A DNA stretch of 64,000 nucleotides from Phaeosaccion multiseriatum (Eukaryota; Protista; Ochrophyta, other classes), in NCBI GenBank assembly GCA_965112735.1, contig OZ218958.1:124001-188000 (forward strand), read 5' to 3'. Below the pieces are notes generated by a model. That model ran no database searches. It was not told the origin of the DNA and was given only the letters and a program-made list of their open reading frames with translations. Of the stretch, positions 11,894-22,700 are shown piece after piece. Numbering within the stretch: position 1 is the stretch's first letter; each line of letters opens with the position of its first letter. A program made the translations under genes and the position numbers.

Positions 11894-13489
11894 TTGAGTA
11901 TGGCGGACCGACGAGTGTCTAGAGCTTCGAGGGAGAAGGCACGTCGTGCGATCAAGGAGCGGTGGCTCCGCGACCAAGAGAGCACGAGACAGGAGGGGGT
12001 TTTGAGTGGAAGGCAGGAGGGGCTACGAGCTGATTCAGCTCCTTCCGTCAGCATCCATTATGACTTGCGTAGGCGGTCAGGTATCGAACACTCAGACCTC
12101 TACCTGTGTGGGTTGCGTAGTGCCCAGGTGGGGCCCGCAACTGAATCCCCCAGGCGGGCAGCAGCGGTGAATCCCTCTGCTCGTAGCGGGAGCGGTGGCA
12201 GAGCGTCTACGCCTGCCATGTCTGGACTTAGGTCTGCTGCAGTGGCCAGTAGACCCACGGTGAAGTCCATCAGAGCTTCGAGAGAGGAGTCACGTCGTTG
12301 GCTCAAAGAGCGGTGGCTCCAGGATCAAGCGAGCAAGAAAAAGGATGGGGTTTTGAGTACTAGAAGGCCGGAGGAGCTTCGAGCTGATTCAGCTCCTTCC
12401 GGCAGCGGCTATGGCTTGCGTACGCGGTCTGGCATTGACTACAGAGAACTCCATCTGCGAGGGTTACGTAGTGCCCAGGTGGGGCCCGTAACGAACTCCC
12501 CCAGTCGGGCAGCAGCGGTGAATACCTCTGCTCGTAGCGGGAGCGGTGGCAGGGCTTTTACGCCTGCCATGTCTGGACTTAGGTCTGCTGTAGTGGCCAG
12601 TAGACCCACGGTGAAGTCCGTTTTGTCACAGTTGAATCAGATGGACGACGAGTCCATTGCAGCAGTGAAAGCAGCGTTGGCACGCATCATGAGGGATGCC
12701 GACGAGCGCTTCATGGACGCTGCAGAGGCACAAGAGAGCGAGGAGGCACCACCGGTTGTGGAAGCTCCTGCTCCACGTCGAGGCACTGTGCAAGACGCCA
12801 CGAATGAGGAACGGAGTGAGGAGGCACCAGGTTTGGAAGCTCCTGCTCCAGCCCGGAGTGAGGAGGCACCAGTCATGGAAGCTCCTACTCCAGCCCGGAG
12901 TGAGGAGGCACCAGTCATGGAAGCTCCTACTCCAGTTCGTGTGCAAGGCGAGGAATTCACTCAAGGAGTTTCTGCCGCGAACGATGACGATACCTTCGTC
13001 TTGAATGTAGACGGAGAAGGGGTTGAGGAGCCGGTGGTACCCGCACAAGGAGAAGGGGTTGAGGAGCCGGTGGTGCCCGACCACGAAGCCACGACATGCC
13101 CTACTGGGCAGAGCCGGCGACAGGCAGATGCGGTGGTGCGTGAGCAGTCCCAGCAACTATTGCGCAAGGAGGGGTGGAAGCGGTCCCAGCAGCGGCTACA
13201 CGAACAAGAGGTGGAGCACGAGGGGCCACAGCTACGTCTGAGGCAGGAGGTGAAGGAAGGCACAGGGGTAGTGGAAGAGACTGCGCCTCAGCGGCTTGGT
13301 CAACTATATCCTGGTCGGCTGGCACCAGCTGGTATTGGTACGGAATGGATATGGTTCCATGTGCGCTTCTGTTTTTTGGCTCAGGATGGCGATGCACCTC
13401 TTCAAGAGCATGAGGTGGTGTATGTGGAGCAGGACAAGGTCATACACATGAGGTGGTGTATGTGGAGCACGGCAAGGTCATGCGCTTGA
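11894..13489 (+). CDS. ORF1 of the LTR element (531 aa): internally duplicated N-terminus, E/A/P-rich repeats, degenerate RT N-terminal fragments at the C-terminus
   Basis: Open frame with a ~360-bp internal duplication and EEAPVMEAPTP repeats. C-terminal IGTEWIW and APLQEHEVVYVEQ resemble the Copia RT motifs IGTKWVF and EEVYVEQP. Confidence 0.5.
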   Translation: MSMADRRVSRASREKARRAIKERWLRDQESTRQEGVLSGRQEGLRADSAPSVSIHYDLRRRSGIEHSDLYLCGLRSAQVGPATESPRRAAAVNPSARSGSGGRASTPAMSGLRSAAVASRPTVKSIRASREESRRWLKERWLQDQASKKKDGVLSTRRPEELRADSAPSGSGYGLRTRSGIDYRELHLRGLRSAQVGPVTNSPSRAAAVNTSARSGSGGRAFTPAMSGLRSAVVASRPTVKSVLSQLNQMDDESIAAVKAALARIMRDADERFMDAAEAQESEEAPPVVEAPAPRRGTVQDATNEERSEEAPGLEAPAPARSEEAPVMEAPTPARSEEAPVMEAPTPVRVQGEEFTQGVSAANDDDTFVLNVDGEGVEEPVVPAQGEGVEEPVVPDHEATTCPTGQSRRQADAVVREQSQQLLRKEGWKRSQQRLHEQEVEHEGPQLRLRQEVKEGTGVVEETAPQRLGQLYPGRLAPAGIGTEWIWFHVRFCFLAQDGDAPLQEHEVVYVEQDKVIHMRWCMWSTARSCA

Positions 13490-14541
13490 AGGATGGCACT
13501 CTACGACAAGGTCATGTGCTTGAAGAAGGCGCTCTATGCATGGCGTTTGCATCAGGCATCCTCATTGTATTTGTTGATGATTTGTCCTGCGGAGGAAAGC
13601 AGGAGGTGGTGGACTGGCTCTTTACAGAGCTGGACAACAAGTTTTCGTTGAAGAGACTTGGGCCCAATGTTGATCAGTTTTTGGGAGTGCGCGTTGTGTT
13701 CAACCGGAGCGTAGGCACTGTCACATTGACATTGGAGCACTACATCAAGAAGATGATAGTGAAGTTTGGTTTGGAGTCTGATCGAGTTTACTCGACACCC
13801 GGTGTGTCTGGCACAGCACTCAGCAAGAGTATGGAGCCATCGTCTGCAGCTGATGTAGCTTTTATGACTGACAAGGACTACCCCGGTGTGGTGGGCGTTT
13901 TGATGTGGATCTCAAACTGGACAAGGCCTGATATTGCCTATGCTGTTCGAGAGTTGTCGCGGTATATGAAGAACCCCGGCCCTGAGCATTGGAAGCAGGC
14001 TATGCGTGTGTTTGGCTACCTGAAGGGTACTGTGGATCGTGCTTTGGTGTTTGGCAAGGGCGAGTGTGTTTTGGAAGCATATGCAGACGCGAATTACGCT
14101 GCATGTGTTGACACTCGCAGGAGTTCGACTGGTTATGCTTTGATGTACGGAGGTGCAGCTATCACTTGGGGTGTGCGATTGCAGCTGAGTGTGGCGATGT
14201 CTTCGCTGGAGAGCGAGTACATGGCAGCCAGTGACTGTGTGAAGGAAATATTATACATTAGGCAGGTATTGAGTTTCTTGTTCCCTGATGACTCGTCGAA
14301 GGCGACAGTTGTTTTTGAGGACAACATGGGGTGTATCAAGCTGGCAGAGAGCAATGCATCGACACGGAGGATGAAGCACATTGATGTTCGGTTTCATTTT
14401 CTGCAAGACGCAGTGAAGGAGGCTCTTATTGCATTTGAGTACGTGGCTTCGAAGGCGCAGCTGGCTGACCTTTTGACGAAGCATGTGACCCCGGCAGTAC
14501 TTGTAGCTTTACGTGAAAAGATGATGGGTTTTAGGGCGTAG
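13453..14541 (+). CDS. Truncated Copia reverse transcriptase (FVDD motif onward) plus RNase H
   Basis: Motifs IVFVDDL, QFLGVRV, TRPDIAYAV, HWKQAMRVFGYLKGT, YADANYA, SSLESEYMA, FEDNMGCI, KHIDVRFHFL, QLADLLTK. Confidence 0.93.
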   Translation: MVYVEHGKVMRLKDGTLRQGHVLEEGALCMAFASGILIVFVDDLSCGGKQEVVDWLFTELDNKFSLKRLGPNVDQFLGVRVVFNRSVGTVTLTLEHYIKKMIVKFGLESDRVYSTPGVSGTALSKSMEPSSAADVAFMTDKDYPGVVGVLMWISNWTRPDIAYAVRELSRYMKNPGPEHWKQAMRVFGYLKGTVDRALVFGKGECVLEAYADANYAACVDTRRSSTGYALMYGGAAITWGVRLQLSVAMSSLESEYMAASDCVKEILYIRQVLSFLFPDDSSKATVVFEDNMGCIKLAESNASTRRMKHIDVRFHFLQDAVKEALIAFEYVASKAQLADLLTKHVTPAVLVALREKMMGFRA

Positions 14542-14574
14542 TTAGCGGAATGGACAGTACCAGGCGAGGAGGTG

Positions 14575-14886
14575 TGTTGAGATAAATCGATGTCGACACT
14601 AGATATCGATCTCATATCGCTGGTACAAGTCCGTTCACTACTTCTTCTTTTAGTGTTATGTAGCTAATAAGACGCTTTCCCACACTCGTGCAAGTACGAC
14701 ACCAGTCTCCAGGAGGGAGATATCCCAACATGTTGAGATAAATCGATGTCGACACTAGATATCGATCTCATATCGCTGGTACAAGTCCGTTCACTACTTC
14801 TTCTTTTAGTGTTATGTAGCTAATAAGACGCTTTCCCACACTCGTGCAAGTACGACACCAGTCTCCAGGAGGGAGATATCCCAACA
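14575..14886 (+). repeat. Two head-to-tail LTRs (CAACA|TGTTG junction)
   Basis: 14575-14730 and 14731-14886; both carry the TTCACTAC variant where the outer LTRs have TTCACTTC. Confidence 0.95.
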
Positions 14887-15194
14887 CGACAATTGTCGGT
14901 TGAAATCTAATGCGCATTAGTGCAGAGGTGAACGTAAAGTACGGGATGAGTTCGGAGAGCTGAAACGGTCGGAGTAGATCTTAGCACTGGTGCGTCTGCC
15001 ACGCTGCATTGAGTATGGCGGACCGACGAGTGTCTAGAGCTTCGAGGGAGAAGGCACGTCGTGCGATCAAGGAGCGGTGGCTCCGCGACCAAGAGAGCAC
15101 GAGACAGGAGGGGGTTTTGAGTAGGAGGAAAGCAGGAGGTGTGTTGAGATAAATCGATGTCGACACTAGATATCGATCTCATATCGCTGGTACA

Positions 15195-15542
15195 GCCAGT
15201 GACTGTGTGAAGGAAATATTATACATTAGGCAGGTATTGAGTTTCTTGTTCCCTGATGACTCGTCGAAGGCGACAGTTGTTTTTGAGGACAACATGGGGT
15301 GTATCAAGCTGGCAGAGAGCAATGCATCGACACGGAGGATGAAGCACATTGATGTTCGGTTTCATTTTCTGCAAGACGCAGTGAAGGAGGCTCTTATTGC
15401 ATTTGAGTACGTGGCTTCGAAGGCGCAGTTGGCTGACCTTTTGACGAAGCATGTGACCCCGGCAGTACTTGTAGCTTTACGTGAAAAGATGATGGGTTTT
15501 AGGGCGTAGTTAGCGGAATGGACAGTACCAGGCGAGGAGGTG
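15195..15542 (+). pseudogene. Duplicated RNase H 3' fragment plus PPT
   Basis: Near-identical to 14227-14574. Confidence 0.9.
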
Positions 15543-15698
15543 TGTTGAGATAAATCGATGTCGACACTAGATATCGATCTCATATCGCTGGTACAAGTCC
15601 GTTCACTTCTTCTTCTTTTAGTGTTATGTAGCTAATAAGACGCTTTCCCACACTCGTGCAAGTACGACACCAGTCTCCAGGAGGGAGATATCCCAACA
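15543..15698 (+). repeat. 3' LTR (156 bp)
   Basis: Followed directly by TSD ATTTG. Confidence 0.95.
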
Positions 15699-15944
15699 AT
15701 TTGTCCTCCAAGCGAGTTAACGAGCGGGAGGGGAAACCTCCCTTCTTAATCCAGGGGGGTGCGTATTTTTTGCAAGGGGGCCCTTATCTCGAAAATGTCG
15801 CTGCGTGCCTGGCTGCGCGCCCTTTTTCGTACTGTAGACGGTCTTTCTCCACACACACTCCTCGGCGGACCGAGCTTCTTTCACCAGCAGGCGCACCGAA
15901 AAAAGCGCTATCAATCCTCCCAGGTACTTCCCACCCCGTGGCGG

Positions 15945-16608
15945 ACTGTGGGGCGAGAAAAATGCCCTAAACTAGGTCTTTAAAAGACTTTGCGGAAAAA
16001 TGGCACGGGCATGGACCACCAGCACCAGCTCCCTCACACCGCGGCAGCAGCAGCAGCAGCTCCACAGCAGCTTCAGCTTTCTCATCAGGTACACCAGGAC
16101 TCGCTCTGCCCTGCTGTGCCGCCCGCACGAATGGATACTGGGGAAGAAGAAGGGGGAGGCAGGTTCTTCTCCTGTGAGGAGGAGGGAGTTCGAAGAAGGG
16201 CACCGACATTAATGGATACAGGTGGGGGGGGGGTGGGGAAACAGCCCAAGGCAGCGGTGGATTACCACGTCCCACCACTGTGGGGCGAGAGAAATGCCAT
16301 AAACTAGGTCTTTAAAAGACTTTGCGGAAAAATGGCACGGGCATGGACCACCAGCATCAGTTCCCTCACAACTCGGCAGCAGCAGCAGCAGCACCACAGC
16401 AGCTTCAGCTTTCTCATCAGGTACACCAGGACTCGCTCCGCCCTGCTGCGCCGCCCGCACGAATGGATACTGGGGAAGAAGAAGGGGGAGGCAGGCTCTT
16501 CTCCTGTGAGGAGGAGGGAGTTCCAAGAAGGGCACCGACATCAATGGATACAGGTGGGGGGGTTGGGGAAGCAGCCCAAGGCCGGTGAATTACCACGTCC
16601 CACCACTC
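15945..16608 (+). repeat. Two diverged direct copies of a ~332-bp unit containing a Gln/Ala-rich coding-like remnant
   Basis: Units start ACTGTGGGGCGAGA at 15945 and 16277. Confidence 0.85.
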
Positions 16609-17732
16609 CGCCAAAGGGCACTGCATACTGGCTGCTGCTGCTGCTGCTCTCGGCCAACAAGCGACAGGGGGGGGGGGGGAAGAGTGGAGGATTAGCCCAG
16701 CCATGACACCCCACCACTCCGCCACTCTGATCCTTTACCCCGACACCGGCAAGGACGTCAGCCGCTAGGAGTATCGCCTCAGCCACAGCCACCACCGCCA
16801 GCAGGAGGGCCTGCAGCAGCTGCTGTGCCGCCCCCACCACACGGCCACCAGCCAAGCCAACCACGACTCAGACCCACCAGGCAGAGAGAGGCTCCCTCCC
16901 CCGGCAAGGCTGCTTTCTCAGGAGTACTACGTTGCCTCCACCACGACGGCAGACGCGAGTGGCAACCAGCCAGGGAAGACGCGGAGGCAGTAGACTAGAG
17001 GGAGGGGGGATATGCACCAGCAGAGGCAGGGCGAGGCAGGGCAGAGGTGGAGGCAGAGGCAGCATTCTAGAACGGATGGCCGCACATGCTGCAGTGGAGA
17101 GAGCAAGGGTCAGCAGGCTCAGTCCCGGTACAGCTGTATTACGGAGGACGACACGTGCTGTAGCGGTCCCGCAGAGGTCACGAGTCCGCAACAGCCCCAG
17201 TCTCACCACGACACCTCGAGCACGGAGAGGACGGCACGTGGTGCAGGGCAGAGATCACGAGTCAGCAACCTGCCAGAGGCCCGGTACTGCTCGAGCACGG
17301 AGGACGAGACGTGCTGTAGCGCAGCAGAGCAAAGGGTGATAGCTGCGAGCCTGCCTGGCTCGATGGTGTGGCTGGTCGGTGCTAACGACAATGTTCTTTC
17401 GGAGGAGGAGCGCGGCGTGCCAGTCCAGTGCCTGCACGCATTGCCGGCACCGTCGGGATGATGCCTCTCCAGTTCGAGCAGCAGCGGCTACAGATCATTG
17501 GTTAGCTCAGTAGCTTCAGTTCCTTACGTAAACTTACGTAAATATGTACCTATTGGCTGCTTTTGGCTGTGTATAGGCCGCGTTGTTGGCCCTGCAGTGG
17601 CTGTCTTAAAACGTAGGCTCCACAAGAAATACTACCACAGCTTGCCTGACGCAGTTACGGGAGAACCTCCCCTATCACGCTCTTCTTGTAAGTATAGACT
17701 AACCCGTGACCCGTTTCCTTTTTTTCTTCCAG

Positions 17733-19400
17733 GGCAGCTTCAGCTCATGGACTGCGAAAACATGGAATACTATGGACAGATCGCCTTGGGCACACCCCCG
17801 GTACGTTTGCGACAAGATGCATGCGTGCATTTCTCTTCCTTCCTCTCTTTTCTCTCTGTCTTCCGCAAACCTTCGTCTCCCTCTCTCACTCTTCGCTCTG
17901 TTGCCATCCTCACTCCCCACACAGGTTTCCTTCAACGTGCTGTTCGACACGGGGAGTGCAGACCTGTGGGTCCCCTCCGTTTCCTGCACCGACGGTTGTG
18001 ACGCAGGTCAGAAACTCTACGATTCCTCCGCCACGTCCACCTACGAGCCCGTCGGTACCCCTTTTGCAGCTGAGTACCAAGATGGCACCACCGCCAGAGG
18101 CTTTCTGTCCATCGACGTGTTGGAGTGGGGCGGGGTCGCGGCGCCCGTCACGTTCGGGGAGCTGGCCTCTCTGACCCTGGTGGGCGGTTGTGGGGGTGTG
18201 GATGGTGTGATGGGACTGGGCTTCACGGAGCTGTCTACCACCCAAACCATGCCGCCCTTCGGCGAGCTGGTGGAGCAAGGGGTGGTGCCTTCCGGGGTCT
18301 TTGGGGTGTACCTTGGGGACATTGACGTCGACGAGGCAGCAGGAGCAGCAGCAGCTTTAGACGGGGCGGTCATGAAAGGAGAGCTGACGCTGGGAGCGGT
18401 GGACCAGAGCAGGTACGAGGGGTGTCTCCATTGGTGTGACGTGCCGCTCTTCACCAGCTTCGGTCTAGGGTATTGGTCGGTGGTGATTGACTCGCTGCGC
18501 GTGGGGGGAGGCAATGCGCCCGTGACGACGGGACCGAGTGAGGCAATGGTGGACACAGGTACCAGCATGCTCATAGGACCGTATGCTGCCATCGGAAAGG
18601 TGGCCGACCAGCTGGGACAAGTCTTGTGCTTTATGGTGGAGGAAGGGGTGTACGGCCGCTCAAGCTCAGCCGTAGAGAAAACTGTGGACTGTGGGGAGGC
18701 TGGAGCGATCCTCGCTGTGGAATGCTCTCAACCCCTGGGCACCATCGAAATGGAAGTCGGAGGAATGATGCTTTCGCTGTCGGGGAGCGATTTGGTCATA
18801 CCATTGGACGACTTTTTAACCACTGACAGCGAGTCGGAAGGAACCGATGCCTTGTGTATTGTTGCCATGCAGGGGCAGGAAGGCGACGCCTGGATACTCG
18901 GGGACACGTTCTTGAGACAGTACTACACGGCCTTTGACTACTCCAATAGGAAGATTGGCTTCGCTGAGTCGGTAGAGAGTGGAGAGAGGCAGTCCGATCT
19001 GTGTGAGGCTGACTTGAGTATTTCGATCCACCACGAGACGCCCAAGGGAGGGAGGGACGGAGGCGGAAGGGCAGGCGACAATGGCGCTGCAGCAGGGACC
19101 ACGGCACCATCGCCAGAGCGGGGAGGAGGCGGAGGGGGCCGGGGTAGCGCTGGTTCACCACCTCCTCCCACTGAGACGCCTCAGACTACGACATCGACCA
19201 GCCCTGTGGTGCCGACAAGTAGTAATGTCATGTCCAACGGTACAGCGGCTTGTCTAGGGGCGGCGGGGGCCAGCCTCGCCATCCTGCTTGTGGTGCTGCT
19301 CGTGAGGGAGTTTAAGCGCTTTGGTGGGCCTGGGGCCTCCTCCCGCCTCGGACACAGCCGCTTGCAGCAAGATCAAGAGCACGAGCATGAGCACGAGTAG
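17733..19400 (+). CDS. Pepsin-family (A1) aspartic protease with C-terminal S/T/P stalk and transmembrane helix; 5' end uncertain
   Basis: Exons 17733-17800 (NMEYYGQIALGTPP) and 17925-19400. Both catalytic motifs present (FDTGSADLWV, VDTGTS), plus WILGDTFLRQYYTAFD and TM segment ASLAILLVVLLV. A possible upstream exon 17458-17500 is phase-compatible but has no signal peptide. Confidence 0.9.
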   Translation, partial: GSFSSWTAKTWNTMDRSPWAHPRYVCDKMHACISLPSSLFSLSSANLRLPLSLFALLPSSLPTQVSFNVLFDTGSADLWVPSVSCTDGCDAGQKLYDSSATSTYEPVGTPFAAEYQDGTTARGFLSIDVLEWGGVAAPVTFGELASLTLVGGCGGVDGVMGLGFTELSTTQTMPPFGELVEQGVVPSGVFGVYLGDIDVDEAAGAAAALDGAVMKGELTLGAVDQSRYEGCLHWCDVPLFTSFGLGYWSVVIDSLRVGGGNAPVTTGPSEAMVDTGTSMLIGPYAAIGKVADQLGQVLCFMVEEGVYGRSSSAVEKTVDCGEAGAILAVECSQPLGTIEMEVGGMMLSLSGSDLVIPLDDFLTTDSESEGTDALCIVAMQGQEGDAWILGDTFLRQYYTAFDYSNRKIGFAESVESGERQSDLCEADLSISIHHETPKGGRDGGGRAGDNGAAAGTTAPSPERGGGGGGRGSAGSPPPPTETPQTTTSTSPVVPTSSNVMSNGTAACLGAAGASLAILLVVLLVREFKRFGGPGASSRLGHSRLQQDQEHEHEHE

Positions 19401-19776
19401 CACGGGGGTGTGGTAGATTGTCCTGCCTGAGGGTTTCCGGTCACACATTCTGGGGTATAATAAGAATGTCGGTTTCCTAGGCACGCCCCGAGGGGGTTCA
19501 ACGGCTCTAGCGTTTCACCCTCCTCTTTGTGGGCACAAGCTTTGCATCAGCAAGTAGTAGAGATATATTATCAATACGGACACTGACGCCCCACCATAGG
19601 CGCAGCATATACTTAGTCCAAACCCCGCAACGTTTCTACTATCTTAGCTTAGCACAGGGGCCATTAGAGAGAGGCGTTGCTTTCGCACATGCCTCTGCTT
19701 TTGGTCACTCTGACACACCGTTCTGTGCTGCACGTGTTAAAGACAAAGTCAAAATAGTAAAAATTAATTCTTCTTC

Positions 19777-22700
19777 TCAGGCATTCGCCCTGTGGTGATA
19801 GCACAGGCCTCCTTTTCGGGCGTCGCTGCCACAGCCTTCTATGCTGCACTTCTTCCTTGCCCCGTGCTTGCCGCACAGGCCTCCTTTTCGGGCGTCTCTG
19901 CCACAGCCTTCTATGCTGCACTCATCCGTTCCCCCGTGCTGGCGGCACAGGCCTCTTTTTTGGGCGTCTCTGCCACAGCCTTCTATGCTGCACTTCTTCC
20001 TTGCCCCGTGCTTGCCGCACAGGCCTCCAGTTATGGCAACGTTGGCACAGCCTTCTATGCTGCACTCCTTCCTTTCCCCGTGGTGATAGCACAGGCCTCC
20101 TTGTGCGGCCACTCTGCCACAGCCTTCTATGCTGCACTTCTTCCTTGCCCCGTGCTTGCCGCACAGGCCTCCAACTCTGGCAACGTTGGCACAGCCTTCT
20201 ACACTGCACTTCTTCCTTTCCCCGTGGTGACAGCACAGGCCTCCTTGTCGGGCCACTCTGCCACAGCCTTCTCTGCTGCACTTCTTCCTTGTATGTACCT
20301 TCGGCTTCGCCGCGGGTGATGCCTCGCTGCTGGCGGCCTCCTCTCGGCTGCTGCTGCCGCCGCCGGCGGGTGGTGGTGGCTTCAAGTTGCTGCCGAGTCT
20401 AGGCTTCTTTTTGGCGGGGCTGCGTGGTGGTGGCGGGGACGTGGACGGTGATCGCGCCCTCTTTCTCCCTTCTGGTCCAGCTGGTGCTGGTGCTGGTGCT
20501 GGTGCTGGTGCTGCTGCCTGCTCCTGCGGCCTTCCCTTGGCACGCAATCGGCCCGCCAAGCCACCGTGGTGACTCGCTCCTCCTCCTCCTCCTCCTCCTC
20601 CTCCTCCTCCTCCTCCTCCCCCGTCTGTGTCGCCCTCCTGCTGCTGCTCCTGCTGCTGCTCGACGACTTGGATGTGCGTGCGTGCGTGCGTACATACCAT
20701 GCATGCATTCATGCGAGGAGAGGGAAGAGAGCAGAGTGTGGTAGCGGCAGCGGTGAGGTGAGGTGTAACGGCTGCAGCAGGCCAAGTGTTGCCGACAAAC
20801 AACAGAACCATCGAGTATTCACTTGATTTGGCACATCGCGTATCTTCACTCACGACCACTTACTCGCCTACTCACTCACCCGCACGTACCCCCCCGCGCC
20901 CCGCTGGCCCTGCCGTGCCCGCCGGCAATCCTCCTCCCCCAGCTCCACCGCCCAGTATGGATGAAGACAGTTCCCTCCGGTCCGTGTCGCCCCCCTGCTG
21001 CTGCTCGACGACTTGGATGTGCGTGCGTGCGTGCGTACATACCATGCATGCATTCATGCGAGGAGAGGGAAGAGAGCAGAGTGTGGTAGCGGCAGCGGTG
21101 AGGTGAGGTGTAACGGCTGCAGCAGGCCAAGTGTTGCCGACAAACAACAGAACCATCGAGTATTCACTTGATTTGGCACATCGCGTATCTTCACTCACGA
21201 CCACTTACTCGCCTACTCACTCACCCGCACGTACCCCCCCGCGCCCCGCTGGCCCTGCCGTGCCCGCCGGCAATCCTCCTCCCCCAGCTCCACCGCCCAG
21301 TATGGATGAAGACAGTTCCCTCCGGTCCGTGTCGCCCCCCTGCTGCTGCTCGACGACTTGGATGTGCGTGCGTGCGTGCGTACATACCATGCATGCATTC
21401 ATGCGAGGAGAGGGAAGAGAGCAGAGTGTGGTAGCGGCAGCGGTGAGGTGAGGTGTAACGGCTGCAGCAGGCCAAGTGTTGCCGACAAACAACAGAACCA
21501 TCGAGTATTCACTTGATTTGGCACATCGCGTATCTTCACTCACGACCACTTACTCGCCTACTCACTCACCCGCACGTACCCCCCCGCGCCCCGCTGGCCC
21601 TGCCGTGCCCGCCGGCAATCCTCCTCCCCCAGCTCCACCGCCCAGTATGGATGAAGACAGTTCCCTCCGGTCCGTGTCGCCCCCCTGCTGCTGCTCGACG
21701 ACTTGGATGTGCGTGCGTGCGTGCGTACATACCATGCATGCATTCATGCGAGGAGAGGGAAGAGAGCAGAGTGTGGTAGCGGCAGCGGTGAGGTGAGGTG
21801 TAACGGCTGCAGCAGGCCAAGTGTTGCCGACAAACAACAGAACCATCGAGTATTCACTTGATTTGGCACATCGCGTATCTTCACTCACGACCACTTACTC
21901 GCCTACTCACTCACCCGCACGTACCCCCCGCGCCCCGCTGGCCCTGCCGTGCCCGCCGGCAATCCTCCTCCCCCAGCTCCACCGCCCAGTATGGATGAAG
22001 ACAGTTCCCTCCGGTCCGTGTCGCCCCCCTGCTGCTGCTCGACGACTTGGATGTGCGTGCGTGCGTGCGTACATACCATGCATGCATTCATGCGAGGAGA
22101 GGGAAGAGAGCAGAGTGTGGTAGCGGCAGCGGTGAGGTGAGGTGTAACGGCTGCAGCAGGCCAAGTGTTGCCGACAAACAACAGAACCATCAAGTATTCA
22201 CTTGATTTGGCACATCGCGTATCTTCACTCACGACCACTTACTCGCCTACTCACTCACCCGCACGTACCCCCCCGCGCCCCGCTGGCCCTGCCGTGCCCG
22301 CCGGCAATCCTCCTCCCCCAGCTCCACCGCCCAGTATGGATGAAGACAGTTCCCTCCGGTCCGTGTCGCCCCCCTGCTGCTGCTCGACGACTTGGATGTG
22401 CGTGCGTGCGTGCGTACATACCATGCATGCATTCATGCGAGGAGAGGGAAGAGAGCAGAGTGTGGTAGCGGCAGCGGTGAGGTGAGGTGTAACGGCTGCA
22501 GCAGGCCAAGTGTTGCCGACAAACAACAGAACCATCGAGTATTCACTTGATTTGGCACATCGCGTATCTTCACTCACGACCACTTACTCGCCTACTCACT
22601 CACCCGCACGTACCCCCCGCGCCCCGCTGGCCCTGCCGTGCCCGCCGGCAATCCTCCTCCCCCAGCTCCACCGCCCAGTATGGATGAAGACAGTTCCCTC

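Larger units (their letters stand above)
11616..15698 (+). mobile_element. Non-autonomous Ty1/Copia-derived LTR retrotransposon, composite structure
   Basis: 156-bp LTRs TGTTG...CAACA at 11616-11771 and 15543-15698; 5-bp TSD ATTTG at 11611-11615 and 15699-15703. Extra LTRs at 14575-14730 and 14731-14886, partial LTR at 15142-15194. Copia RT C-terminus and RNase H present; no gag, protease or integrase motifs recognised. Confidence 0.95.

Noticed and set aside
11616-15698. Autonomous retrotransposon
   Set aside because: No gag zinc knuckle, protease or integrase motifs, and the RT N-terminal half is fragmentary
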